Shown in pieces: positions 50,846-60,521 of a DNA stretch of 64,000 bases. Source of the stretch: Dehalococcoidia bacterium (GTDB lineage: Bacteria > Chloroflexota > Dehalococcoidia > Lucifugimonadales > QGNO01); contig CBDHED010000004.1 of the NCBI GenBank assembly GCA_965261825.1, forward strand, positions 73,458 to 137,457. The letters are read 5' to 3'. Under the pieces are notes generated by a model. That model had not been told where the DNA came from, did not search any database, and saw only the letters and a list, made by a program, of their open reading frames with translations. Numbering within the stretch: position 1 is the first letter of the stretch; the number at the start of each line of letters is the position of its first letter. The position numbers and the translations under genes are program-made.

Positions 50846-51082
50846 TTAGATTCCTCACTCCGCTCCGCTTAGTTCGGAATCACTATGGCCCTGCGCAGAC
50901 CATATAAGGGGGATGAAAATGGATAGTGGTTCCGCTCATTCTGAGCGTGTCGAAGGGTGAGCGGGGGATAGGCGACGGTGGTATGTCCGCTCATGGTTCG
51001 AGGGCCTCACCATGAGCTGGAAGGAGGCAGTCTCACCACCAGCGGGAATGAGGCCGCCAGTCCTGAAACTATCTATTTTCAT
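50846..51082. repeat. Cluster of REP-like palindromes with a 15-bp inverted repeat pair
   Basis: GATTCC..GGAATC hairpin; CCGCTCA..TGAGCGG hairpins near 50932 and 50987; ATGAAAATGGATAGT (50913-50927) versus ACTATCTATTTTCAT (51068-51082). Confidence 0.65.
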
Positions 51083-51109
51083 GGTAATGACAGTGAGAGC
51101 GATCCTTTT

Positions 51110-51138
51110 TTGACAACTATATCCGTGGACGATATAAT
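51110..51138 (+). promoter_or_regulatory. Consensus sigma70 promoter with probable PadR operator
   Basis: TTGACA-N17-TATAAT; TATATC-N7-GATATA at 51118-51136. Confidence 0.8.
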
Positions 51139-51168
51139 GTGGGTAGTCTGAACGAGGGCCGATTCACA

Positions 51169-51543
51169 GTGACAAACCCTGACCCGTCTGATCTGCTTCC
51201 CATCCCGGTCGCGCAGTTGCACATTCTGTTGGCCTTGGCCGATGGGGACAAGCATGGCTACGCGATCATGAGCGAAGTTGAGGTCTTGACTGGAGGATCG
51301 GTCACGATGGGTCCGGGGACGTTGTACGGGGCGATCAAACGAATGTTGAAGGCGGGCTTGGTCGAAGAGACTGACGAACGGCCTGATCCCGAACTAGACG
51401 ACGAACGTCGCCGTTACTACAGGCTCACCGGCCTTGGGGAGCGCGTTCTTGACGCTGAAGTTGCCCGGATGGAGCGACTCGCCCGAGCCGCCCGGATGAG
51501 ACGGACGGGTGCAAGGCAAAAGCTCCGTTTGGAGGGTGGCTGA
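51169..51543 (+). CDS. PadR family transcriptional regulator
   Basis: HGYAI, GPGTLY, RRRYYRLT; start moved downstream of the -10 box. Confidence 0.92.
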   Translation: MTNPDPSDLLPIPVAQLHILLALADGDKHGYAIMSEVEVLTGGSVTMGPGTLYGAIKRMLKAGLVEETDERPDPELDDERRRYYRLTGLGERVLDAEVARMERLARAARMRRTGARQKLRLEGG

Positions 51544-51544
51544 C

Positions 51545-52759
51545 ATGATCTGGGAGCGAGTGTATCGAGTGCTACTCTTGGCGTACCCAAGCGAGTACCG
51601 GCGCGAATACGGGGAGCCGATGGTCCAGCTGTTTCGGGACAGGATGCGTAGAGACGGTGGGAGATTTCGGACGCCGGTTGTCTGGGCGCAGATTATCTCT
51701 GACCTGGTTTGCTCGGCGTTCAGGGAACACGTGGAAGGAGTCGAGATGCTGGCAATGATTGCGACAGTGTTCGGGACAATTCTGGAGCCTCGTAGAAGGT
51801 GGGTCTTTCTGGGCGTCATGCTGGCGCTCATTGGCATTTTCTGGCTTGTGTTTGAAGGCACGGCCCGCACGGCCAACGAGAGTTGGGGAGGCTCTAGCAC
51901 CCAGGTCGAGTACGGCACGCTTGAGAACTGGCGCAATCAAATCGATGCAGCACTGGCAGAGCGTGTGTCAGCGGGCGAGATGACCCCGGAGCAGGCCAGG
52001 CAGACCAGGGAATATAATGAGCGGTACTGGCTTACAGGCATTTACTTGTACTCCATTCTTTACGCGCCGAATTCGATCCAAATGTTTGCCCAGGGGATGG
52101 TTACGATGGGAGCGCTGTTCGCCCTCGTTCTCGGTATCATTAGCGGCAGGGCCGCGCTGTCGTCAAGGGATACCAATGACGCCTCGTCGCGCCGCCGGTT
52201 GGCGCTAGTCCCGTACTTCCTGGCGCCCGTCTTTCTGTGGACCCTTCTGACAGCTGCGGTGGTTGGCATGGCGCTTTTTCTGGGGGTCATGGCGCCCTCA
52301 GTCCTGACAAACCTGAAAGACCCGTATGTCTATAACTCAACGCGGAATCTGGCGATCGCTGTCGCCGGCGTCTGGCTGGCGGGCTTTGCGTGGTCTGCCG
52401 TCGGAGTGAGCCTAGCCGTGATTATTCGCTCCGCTCGCCTTGCAGTCATTGTGGGAGTTCTCATCCTGGTTGCAGAGGTCTCTATCGGCTCCTTCTTGGA
52501 CATCATCCAGACCCGGCTTCCCTTCACGTTTCCCATCCTGCTTCCCACTCATGGCGCGATTGAGTTGGTGTCCATTGACGCCCCAGAGTTGTATCACGGA
52601 CTCTTCACTCCCGGGTTTGGTCATCCGTTGCATGGCCCCCACCCGGTGGCAGGCCTCATTCTCCTGGTGAGTGTCGGTTCCGCCGCGATTGGTTTGGGTC
52701 TGAGAGCCTTTAGAAATACCCGCGGCGCGCAAAGCCCCACCGGACCTGCTCTTGAATGA
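51545..52759 (+). CDS. PadR-associated multi-pass membrane protein (ABC-2 permease-like)
   Basis: YR.LL.AYP..YRREYG..M N-terminus typical of PadR partners; several TM segments. Confidence 0.7.
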   Translation: MIWERVYRVLLLAYPSEYRREYGEPMVQLFRDRMRRDGGRFRTPVVWAQIISDLVCSAFREHVEGVEMLAMIATVFGTILEPRRRWVFLGVMLALIGIFWLVFEGTARTANESWGGSSTQVEYGTLENWRNQIDAALAERVSAGEMTPEQARQTREYNERYWLTGIYLYSILYAPNSIQMFAQGMVTMGALFALVLGIISGRAALSSRDTNDASSRRRLALVPYFLAPVFLWTLLTAAVVGMALFLGVMAPSVLTNLKDPYVYNSTRNLAIAVAGVWLAGFAWSAVGVSLAVIIRSARLAVIVGVLILVAEVSIGSFLDIIQTRLPFTFPILLPTHGAIELVSIDAPELYHGLFTPGFGHPLHGPHPVAGLILLVSVGSAAIGLGLRAFRNTRGAQSPTGPALE

Positions 52760-52821
52760 TATGGCCTTGAGCTATAGAGGGGAGCAGGTTCCAAGGGATT
52801 GGCGTCAACGCCCCCGGAGTC

Positions 52822-53265
52822 TCAGGCGTCGCTCAGGTCCTCAAAGAGGTCAGTATACCTGACGCCCGGCTCCAGCGGGGGCAGTACCTGGGAGAAGTGC
52901 TCCTTGGAGAAGAACTCTCGCCTGATGTCCTCCAGCAGCCGGTTGAAGAAGTCGGTGGGCTTGTGCTGGGTGCGGTGACAGCCAACGACCTAGAGCTTGG
53001 TCTCATACATATTCCCCACGTCCACCACCACCGTCACATGTTCGTCCGGGGTGCCGATCTCGTCGGGGTCAAGGGGCTCGTCCTCGGGTTGGTCGATGGT
53101 CTTGGCCAGGGCCTCTATCCTGCTGTAGGGTATGGTGACGTAGAACAGCCTCTGCGGCGAGTGAGGCTCTATTCCTCGACTAATCTGGGCGGGGTATTTC
53201 TCCGGGTCGCCCGCAGCATGGAAGGCCGCCTCCGCGTACCTGCTCATCGCCACGTGCTCAGGGTG
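52822..53265 (-). pseudogene. PIG-L/MshB-like deacetylase, 5'-truncated with internal amber stop
   Basis: HPEH..., then ETKL*VVGCHRTQ; frame continues past TAG (52990-52992) to DLFEDL; N-terminal AHPDDE region absent. Confidence 0.72.
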
Positions 53266-53315
53266 AGCGGGGGGAGTGGAGCACACTCTGGCTGGCTTAT
53301 GCAGACAGGGGCTTG

Positions 53316-53410
53316 GGATTCTTCGTCGCTTTGCTCCTCAGAATGACAAAGGGGGACCCGTTCTTCCCTTCGGCCTGCCTGCAGTAGGCTGGCTATACTC
53401 AGAATGAGCC
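53316..53410. repeat. REP-like palindromes (..TTC...CTCAGAATGA)
   Basis: GATTCTTCGTCGCTTTGCTCCTCAGAATGAC and a second copy ending CTCAGAATGAG. Confidence 0.55.
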
Positions 53411-53414
53411 CGCT

Positions 53415-56400
53415 CTACGGGGCTATCGGCGGCACCTCTATCTCGTGGAGCAGATTGATGAACTCCTCCAGGTCCTTGTCCTTGATCTGCTGCAAGCTGT
53501 GAAGATGGGGATCTATGCGGCCCGTGATATCCGTGAAGACGTGGTATATCTGCTTGGGTGGCCTGAAGTCGGCGGCTGAAATTACGTTCATCAGCTCGGC
53601 GAGCTTACGGTTGAGCTTCGCCTGAATGTGGAGTCGGTCTCGCTCACCCTTGTAGCCGGTCTGCATCAGCTCATCTTCTATGGCGGTGAGCTTGTCCTTG
53701 AGGCCCGCGGCGGCGGCGGTCACCGTGTCAGCAGCGGTAGAGTTTTCGGCGCGCTTGGCCCACTCTTGGGCCTGGTCCCGGATGCTGCGCAGGCCAAGGA
53801 TGGCGTCGGTGACCTCCGAGAGCTTGTCGCGCACCTGCAAGGCGGCGGCGAACTGTTCGTCGAAGTCCTGCTGGCTGGCGGCTACGCGAGGGTCTTTGAG
53901 CAACTGGAAGCTCTGAGTTTGAGATTCGCCGTCCACGGTGAGAGTGGCCGTGTACGTTCCAGGCGGGGCCAGGGGGCCGGTGACCACGGGGTCCAGCGCC
54001 TTGTCATCGGGAATCTTGCGGGCGTATGGATAGCGCATGTCCCAGACAAAGTAGTTGCCGCCCTGATTGGCAGGCAGGCGGGGGTCCTCCGGCTGGTATG
54101 GGGACAGCTCCGCAGGCTTCAAGCTGGAGAAGGTCTTGATCAGACCGCCGTTGGAGTCGCGGAAGGCCAGGGTCGCTTCACTCTCCGGAGCGTCTTTCAA
54201 ATAGTAGGTGAGGATGACGCCAAAAGGCGGGTTCTCACCGGCGTCGAGTAATTTCTGAACAACGTTCCCCATTTCGTCCTTGGTCTCGTAGTAGGCTATG
54301 GGAGCACCCAGGGAAAGCATGTAGTTCTTCCCCGCCGAACCACGCCTGGCTCCAAAGGGCGCCGCGGGACGGTACGTATCGCGGGGCTTGAAGAGATACG
54401 CTCTCTTGTCAGCTATATCCTGGCTTATCTGGCGCAGGCGGGTAACGTCGTCCAGTATCCAGAAGGAGCGGCCGTGAGTGGCGGCCACCAGATCGTCGTC
54501 CTTCACGGCAAGGTCGTAGACAGGGACGGCGGGCAGGTTGGACTGAAGAGGCTGCCAGGCCGCTCCGTGGTCGAACGACGCGTAGGCGCCGGTCTCGCTG
54601 CCCGCGTAGAGAAGTCCAGGGTTGACCGTATCTTCACGTACGCAGCGCAGGTAATCGCCCTCCCGGATGCCGTCCACTATAGACGTCCAGGTGGCTCCGT
54701 AGTCCACGGTCTTCAACAGCATAGGCCTGGGGTCGTCCATCTTGTAGCGCGTGGCGGTCATGTAAGCCACGGCAGGGTCATGGGACGAGGGTTCGATCAT
54801 AGTGATCAGCGTCCACTCGCCAAGGTCTTCAGGCGTAACGTCCTCCCAGCTCTTGCCCCCGTCACGGGAGACGTGCACCAGGCCGTCGTCCGAGCCGGCC
54901 CAGAAGAGACCCCTCTCCACCGGTGACTCCGCGAAAGCGAAGATGGTGGCGTAGGTCTCAGCGCCGGAGGTGTCCCTGGTGATGGGGCCGCCGGAGGGCT
55001 CCAAGGTAGAAGGTTCATGGCGGGTGAGGTCGGGGCTTATGGCTTCCCAGCTATCGCCTTGGTCGGTGGAGCGGAACACCATATTGCCTGTTACGTAGAG
55101 GACGTTGGAGTCATGCGGGGAAAACTTGATGGGATACGTCCATTGGAAGCGGTACTTCATGTCCTTGGCGCCCCAGCCTGTATGGAACTCCGGCCAAACC
55201 GTCACGATGCGTACCTGCCCTGTACTATGGTCGTAACGGAGCAGATTGCCGCCCCCGCCGGGAGAGCTGCCTATAGCGCCTGAGAAGACGACGTTGGGGT
55301 CTTCCGGGTGAACGGCGATATAGCCGCTTTCAGAGCTGCCCACCGTGTAGCAATCGCCCCAGGGGATGACGCCCTTGTGGGTGCGGGAGGGCACGCTTAT
55401 AGCAGAGTTGTCTTGCTGTGTGCCGTAGACGCGGTAGGGGAACTGGTTGTCCGTGTCCACATGATAGAACTGGGCGGTGGGCTGATTGTAGATAGTCGAC
55501 CAAGTGTCGCCACCGTTGAAGGTGACCGTGGCCCCGCCGTCGTTGCCCTCAATCATGCGCAGGGGATTCTGAGGGTCTATCCAGAGGTCGTGATTGTCGC
55601 CGTGCGGCGTGTTCACCTGGTTGTAGGTACGGCCGCCGTCGGTAGACTTCCAGACGGAGGAGTTGAGTATCCATACCGTTTCCGCGTCTTTCGGGTCGGC
55701 GAAGATGTGCTGGTAGTACCATGGCCGGGCCTGGACATCCAGGCTGTCGCTGACCAGCTGCCAGGTCTCCCCGTTGTCGTCGGAGAGGAACACCCCCGGC
55801 GGTTCCGTTTCAATGGTAACCCAAACACGGCCAGCGCGGGCGGCGGAGGCGGTGATTCCAATGCGTCCTTTGATCCCCTGGGGAAGGCCCGGCCTGCCGC
55901 TGAGGTCCTGCCATGTATCTCCGCTGTCCAGGGAGCGGAAGATGCCGCTTTCCGGTCCGCCGCTGTTCAGGCTCCACGGGGTGCGATGGGCCTGCCACAT
56001 GGTGGCGAAGAGTATGCGTGGATTGGTCGGGTCGAAAGTGAGGTCTATGGCGCCAGTGTTATCACTGCTAAACAGTACGCGCTCCCAGTTCTTGCCGCCG
56101 TCTACGGAGCGGAAGACGCCGCGTTCACTGTTGGGGCCATAGGCATGGCCCAGCGCGGCTACGTAAACAAGATCAGGGTTCTTGGGGTGGACACGGACGC
56201 GGGCTATGTGTCGAGTATCTTGCAGTCCCACATTGGCCCAGGTTGCGCCGCCGTCCGTGGACTTGTAGACGCCATCGCCGTAGGAGACGTTGCCCCTTAT
56301 GCATGCCTCGCCCATCCCGGCGTAGATGACGTTGGGATCCGATTCTGCTACGGCGATTGCGCCGACGGCGGAGGTCTTGAAGAAGCCGTCCGAGACGTTT

Positions 56401-56582
56401 TCCCAGTACGTACCGCCGTCGCTGGTCTTCCAGACGCCGCCGGTACAGGCGCCAAAGTAGAAGACCATTTCCTGCGTGGGATGTCCGGCTACGGCGACCA
56501 CGCGTCCGCCGCGGGGCGGGCCTATGTTGCGCCACCTCAGAGAATTGATAACACCAGCGGAGATCTCTTTGTCAACAGGCAC
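53415..56582 (-). CDS. BNR/Asp-box repeat (VPS10/sortilin-like) beta-propeller protein, glycosyl hydrolase-like
   Basis: WRNIGPPRGGRV, many S.DGG..W Asp-boxes, ATHGRSFW; no obvious signal peptide. Confidence 0.88.
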   Translation of the reverse strand: MPVDKEISAGVINSLRWRNIGPPRGGRVVAVAGHPTQEMVFYFGACTGGVWKTSDGGTYWENVSDGFFKTSAVGAIAVAESDPNVIYAGMGEACIRGNVSYGDGVYKSTDGGATWANVGLQDTRHIARVRVHPKNPDLVYVAALGHAYGPNSERGVFRSVDGGKNWERVLFSSDNTGAIDLTFDPTNPRILFATMWQAHRTPWSLNSGGPESGIFRSLDSGDTWQDLSGRPGLPQGIKGRIGITASAARAGRVWVTIETEPPGVFLSDDNGETWQLVSDSLDVQARPWYYQHIFADPKDAETVWILNSSVWKSTDGGRTYNQVNTPHGDNHDLWIDPQNPLRMIEGNDGGATVTFNGGDTWSTIYNQPTAQFYHVDTDNQFPYRVYGTQQDNSAISVPSRTHKGVIPWGDCYTVGSSESGYIAVHPEDPNVVFSGAIGSSPGGGGNLLRYDHSTGQVRIVTVWPEFHTGWGAKDMKYRFQWTYPIKFSPHDSNVLYVTGNMVFRSTDQGDSWEAISPDLTRHEPSTLEPSGGPITRDTSGAETYATIFAFAESPVERGLFWAGSDDGLVHVSRDGGKSWEDVTPEDLGEWTLITMIEPSSHDPAVAYMTATRYKMDDPRPMLLKTVDYGATWTSIVDGIREGDYLRCVREDTVNPGLLYAGSETGAYASFDHGAAWQPLQSNLPAVPVYDLAVKDDDLVAATHGRSFWILDDVTRLRQISQDIADKRAYLFKPRDTYRPAAPFGARRGSAGKNYMLSLGAPIAYYETKDEMGNVVQKLLDAGENPPFGVILTYYLKDAPESEATLAFRDSNGGLIKTFSSLKPAELSPYQPEDPRLPANQGGNYFVWDMRYPYARKIPDDKALDPVVTGPLAPPGTYTATLTVDGESQTQSFQLLKDPRVAASQQDFDEQFAAALQVRDKLSEVTDAILGLRSIRDQAQEWAKRAENSTAADTVTAAAAGLKDKLTAIEDELMQTGYKGERDRLHIQAKLNRKLAELMNVISAADFRPPKQIYHVFTDITGRIDPHLHSLQQIKDKDLEEFINLLHEIEVPPIAP

Positions 56583-56697
56583 GGTTTACACTCCTTCAGA
56601 GGGATGCCATCCAGGGTGCAGGCAACGGCCCAGCCGCCTCCCGGTACCAATAGAAGATAGAGGCAATTCTAATGACATATACGGCTATGTCAACGTG

Positions 56698-57378
56698 TTA
56701 CCAGCTTCCGGGATAGAGTATGGGATGACCGCCGGCATCGAGCTCAGGCCAGGTTTGAGAGGAGTATTCAGGATAGGCCTGCCGGTAAATCTTGGTCACG
56801 GCTTTCAGCTCCGGAATTGGGTTGGGATGGTCATCAATACGGATGTCCAGGTAGGGGTTGGCGTCTATGCGCTTCCAGTGGACTTGCACGGCGGCGGATT
56901 GCCTGCCCCTGTTGTCGCCGCCGGTGGCCTGGGCCGCCTCCAAGCACATGAGGAGTCGCTCTTCCAAGCGCAGGCCGCTGTTTTCCGTTTCTTCAAAGGT
57001 GTCTCCCAACGCCTGCACCACCGCGGGGCCGACCATGGTGTTGGCGCCGCAAGCGTAGTTCTTGCCGGAGCGGCTGCCATGCCAGGGAGCCAGGGAGGGC
57101 GAGGAGTAGGCGGCGGAGAGGCCGCTTCGGTCAATCAGGCTGTACTGGCCCTGCCCTTTGCTGACCTTGATCAGCGCTTCCAAGGCAACAGGGGCAGGGA
57201 AGCCCAGCTGAAGCAAGGCTATGCCGCGGCGGCGCTGGGTTTCGTTTGAACTGAAGCCGACCATGCCCACTTCGCCCAGGCCGCGCAGTACTCGTGAGCC
57301 TACGGCGGGGTTCTTAGTGGCAACGGCTCCTCCAAACTGACCCGTTCCTGGGTCGTAGCCGACTATGGTCATGGTCAT
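56698..57378 (-). CDS. DUF1028 (Ntn-hydrolase-like) protein
   Basis: TMTIVG.D start, AVGS, GGD.RG.QSAA, DIRIDDH..P. Confidence 0.85.
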   Translation of the reverse strand: MTMTIVGYDPGTGQFGGAVATKNPAVGSRVLRGLGEVGMVGFSSNETQRRRGIALLQLGFPAPVALEALIKVSKGQGQYSLIDRSGLSAAYSSPSLAPWHGSRSGKNYACGANTMVGPAVVQALGDTFEETENSGLRLEERLLMCLEAAQATGGDNRGRQSAAVQVHWKRIDANPYLDIRIDDHPNPIPELKAVTKIYRQAYPEYSSQTWPELDAGGHPILYPGSW

Positions 57379-57484
57379 AAGAGGCCTCCTTGATGGTGGT
57401 GTCTAGCGGAGGCATTATATCCGAAACTTCCAAAGCGAGTTGCTTGTACGTGGTGCGACATGGAACAACCCTTGTGGTTGCCTT

Positions 57485-58363
57485 TCAAGGGTATCTTTCC
57501 AACCACCACTTGGCTATATCCGTACGACGTGCAAACCAGACGTCCGGTTTAGACGCGGCGTATTCCAGGAATCGCTGCAAGGCCACGGCGCGGGCAGGGC
57601 GGCCCACCATGCGGCAGTGAAGACCTATGGACATCATCTTGGGATGGGTGGCTCCTTCTTCGTAAAGCCTGTCGAAGGCGCTACGCATTATCTCGTAGAA
57701 ATCGCTGGGACGGGCAATGAGTCCCTGGAAGAACTGGAAATCGTTCACCTCCAGCGTGTAGGGAACAACCAGCCATTTCTTCCCCATGACGTTGGTGTAG
57801 AAAGGCAGGTCGTCGGCGTAGGAGTTGCAGTCGTACAGGAAACCGCCCTCTTCAATCAACAGCTCGCGGGTGTTCAGGCTGGGAGTTGAACGCGTGTACC
57901 AGCCCAGAGGGCGCTGGCCGGTAGTCTTGATGAAAGACTCCACCGCTTTGTGGATGAGCTTTCTTTCCGTATCGCGGTCCATCTGGTAGTACGTCTCCCA
58001 CCTGTAGCCGTGCCCCACCACCTCGTGGCCCCGCTTGATGATTTCAGGGCCAACGTAGGGATTGCGTTCCAGCGCCAGCGCGCAGCCGAAGAAGCTGGCT
58101 TTGACATTGTACTCTTGCAGAATGTCGAAGACGCGCCATACCCCGACCCGGCTTCCGTATTCAAAGGTCGACTCCATGTAAAGGTCGCGCTGGCCGGGGT
58201 CGACCAAGGACGGCGCTTCTCCCTGGGGGTCTCCGTCCAGCACGGAATACTCGGAGCCCTCTTCGTAGTTGACCACGACCGAAACCGCGATGCGGGCCCC
58301 GTTGGGCCACTCCACCCTGGGCGGGTTTGGGCCGTATCCAATGAAATCGCGTTCCGTGACCAT
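57485..58363 (-). CDS. Polysaccharide deacetylase family, PuuE allantoinase-like, copy 1
   Basis: RDFIGYG, VNYEEG, FEYGSR.G, HGYRW, GLHCR. Confidence 0.88.
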   Translation of the reverse strand: MVTERDFIGYGPNPPRVEWPNGARIAVSVVVNYEEGSEYSVLDGDPQGEAPSLVDPGQRDLYMESTFEYGSRVGVWRVFDILQEYNVKASFFGCALALERNPYVGPEIIKRGHEVVGHGYRWETYYQMDRDTERKLIHKAVESFIKTTGQRPLGWYTRSTPSLNTRELLIEEGGFLYDCNSYADDLPFYTNVMGKKWLVVPYTLEVNDFQFFQGLIARPSDFYEIMRSAFDRLYEEGATHPKMMSIGLHCRMVGRPARAVALQRFLEYAASKPDVWFARRTDIAKWWLERYP

Positions 58364-58400
58364 AGCTCCTCCTCGTTATCGTAGTGCGGATGTTACACTC

Positions 58401-58482
58401 CCACCCCTGGATGCCCGTCGTCACGGGCATGACGAGAGGGGTCGCGCGCTCCCGTAGGGGCGGGTTCGTGAACCGCCTTTAC
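58401..58482. repeat. Family B palindrome (no nested hairpin) plus GTAG-type REP
   Basis: CTGGATGCCCGT-cgtc-ACGGGCATGACG; GTAGGGGCGGGTTC-gt-GAACCGCCTTTAC. Confidence 0.62.
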
Positions 58483-58491
58483 AATACCTGG

Positions 58492-59391
58492 CTAAGGTTG
58501 GGGTGGATATCTATCCAGCCACCAGCGAGCAATGTCTATCCTGCGGGCAAACCAGACATCGGGCCGCGAAGTAGCGTATTCCAGGAACTGCTTGAGGACG
58601 GCGGCCCGCGCCGGCTTCCCCACTATACGGCAGTGCAGCCCTATGGACATCATCTTGGGGTGCGTTGCCCCTTCCTCGTAGAGCAGATCAAAGGTATTTC
58701 GCATGGCATCGTAGAAATCGTTGGGGTTGGACATGCCTCCCCGCCAGTACTTGGTGTCGTTCACCTCCAGCGAATAGGGCACGACCAGCCACGGCTTGCC
58801 GCCGACGCTGGTGTAGAACGGCAGATCGTCCGCGTACGAGTTGCAGTCGTAGAGGAATCCGCCCTCCTCTACTACGAGGTCTCTGGTGTTGACGCTGGGA
58901 CCGTAGCGGGTATACCAGCCCAAGGGTCGTTGACCGGTTGTCTTGGTGATGGAGGCCACTGCCTTGCGGATGGCTTCGCGTTCCGCATCACGGTCCATCT
59001 TGAAATACTCCTCCCACCGATAGCCGTGTCCCATCACCTCGTGTCCACCTTCCATGATCGCGGGGCCCACTTCAGGGTTGCGTTCCAGGGCCAGGGCGCA
59101 TACGTAGAATGTGCTCTTGACGTTGAGCTGGTGAAAAATGCGGAGAATCCGCCAGACCCCTGCCCTGCTTCCGTATTCGAAGAAGGACTCGTTGGCCAGG
59201 TCGCGCTCTCCCGGAGGAACCGGCGACGGCACCTCCCCCATACTCTCGCCCTGGGAGTCACCGTCCAATATCGAGTATTCCGCGCCCTCTTCGTAGTTGA
59301 CCACCACGGATACGGCTATGCGAGCCTTCCCCGGCCACTCGACCCGGGGCGGGCTGGCGCCGTATCCAATGAAGTCGCGCTCAGTGACCAT
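58492..59391 (-). CDS. Polysaccharide deacetylase family, PuuE allantoinase-like, copy 2
   Basis: Same motifs as copy 1; tandem paralog. Confidence 0.88.
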   Translation of the reverse strand: MVTERDFIGYGASPPRVEWPGKARIAVSVVVNYEEGAEYSILDGDSQGESMGEVPSPVPPGERDLANESFFEYGSRAGVWRILRIFHQLNVKSTFYVCALALERNPEVGPAIMEGGHEVMGHGYRWEEYFKMDRDAEREAIRKAVASITKTTGQRPLGWYTRYGPSVNTRDLVVEEGGFLYDCNSYADDLPFYTSVGGKPWLVVPYSLEVNDTKYWRGGMSNPNDFYDAMRNTFDLLYEEGATHPKMMSIGLHCRIVGKPARAAVLKQFLEYATSRPDVWFARRIDIARWWLDRYPPQP

Positions 59392-59537
59392 GATTTGTCC
59401 CTTCTTCCGTTGAATAAGCCTATAGTTGCCACGGGCGAGTTTATACTACCGTACCAGCGCATCCACAAAGCTACACCCGTTCTTGCCGCGGATGCCTATG
59501 GTAACTTTCGAAGACACTATACCCCACCTCAGCTTAC

Positions 59538-60182
59538 TCAGAGTTCTAGCAGAGTCTGCCGGAATCTCCGCATCATTGCGCTGCTGGCATCCTGCATTGA
59601 CCTATCCAATTGCCACGGAGGTGCCAGGCCGCCAGTCAGCTTCATTTGTGATGGATAAGAATCATCTGTTGTAGTTGATCGGAAAGTACATATTGCTCGC
59701 TCTGTATCAACTATCATAATCTTGCGCCATTCGGCGAAATGCGTGATTACGAATATAGGAGCTACGCCCCAATTATGATCCAAACTGTCATGGACTATGG
59801 ACCGTCTTTCTGCTTCATATGTCGTTCGGTCCAAGTTTCGTGAGTCGATAATTACGATATCAGGCCTACCGTACCGTATTAGAGGGTCGTCGTATCGTTC
59901 ATCAAGCATGCCCTCCATTTCAGCTTGATTCAATAGTTCAAGGGCAACCGAAACTGGGATTCTCCAAAATCCATCTTGGCGAGTGTGATAATAGCGCCTG
60001 TTAGCTGACCCGCTAGGCCAGAGCGTCCGCCAAGAGAGGCAGTGGTAAAAGCCTGGAGTGTCAGGTGGATCATTGTATAACTCTTGAAGTCTAAGGTGAA
60101 CAGGCAGACCGGTATCGCTATCAGGTACAGTGACTCTAAGAATTTTGCGGTAGCTTCGCAACCTAGACCTCCTTGATATCAA
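59538..60182 (-). CDS. Hypothetical protein, visibly more AT-rich than its neighbours
   Basis: 214-codon open frame with no recognisable motif; start uncertain. Confidence 0.5.
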   Translation of the reverse strand: MISRRSRLRSYRKILRVTVPDSDTGLPVHLRLQELYNDPPDTPGFYHCLSWRTLWPSGSANRRYYHTRQDGFWRIPVSVALELLNQAEMEGMLDERYDDPLIRYGRPDIVIIDSRNLDRTTYEAERRSIVHDSLDHNWGVAPIFVITHFAEWRKIMIVDTERAICTFRSTTTDDSYPSQMKLTGGLAPPWQLDRSMQDASSAMMRRFRQTLLEL

Positions 60183-60187
60183 AACCT

Positions 60188-60226
60188 CTGGCGCCGTATC
60201 CTAATGAAGTCTCGTTCCGTGACCAT
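60188..60226 (-). pseudogene. Stub of a third PuuE-like copy
   Basis: ATG GTC ACG GAA CGA GAC TTC ATT (MVTERDFI), 1-nt insertion, then GGATACGGCGCCAG as in copy 2. Confidence 0.75.
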
Positions 60227-60521
60227 GATTTGCTCCTTTTCTTCCGTTGAACAAGTCTTGGAGTTGCCACGGGCGAGTTTGTATATCACCCTCGCCTGCG
60301 CATCCACGTGACCACCCCAGTTCTTGCTTCCTAACTCCAATGGTAACCTCAGATATGGCCATGTGAGCTTCTTCCTGCCGCCTAAGCGCAATATTTCCGT
60401 TAGTATTGTACCTTCATCTACGCTCTATCTCGTCATCCCAGTCTAATGATACTACTATGAACACTTCCGGCTTGATTGCCATTGTTCTCCCTCTAATTAT
60501 CTATTGTCTCCCAACCAACCC

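Noticed and set aside
52990..52992. Pyrrolysine recoding of the in-frame TAG in the PIG-L-like gene
   Set aside because: The gene is also 5'-truncated and no pyl genes are in the window; decay is simpler
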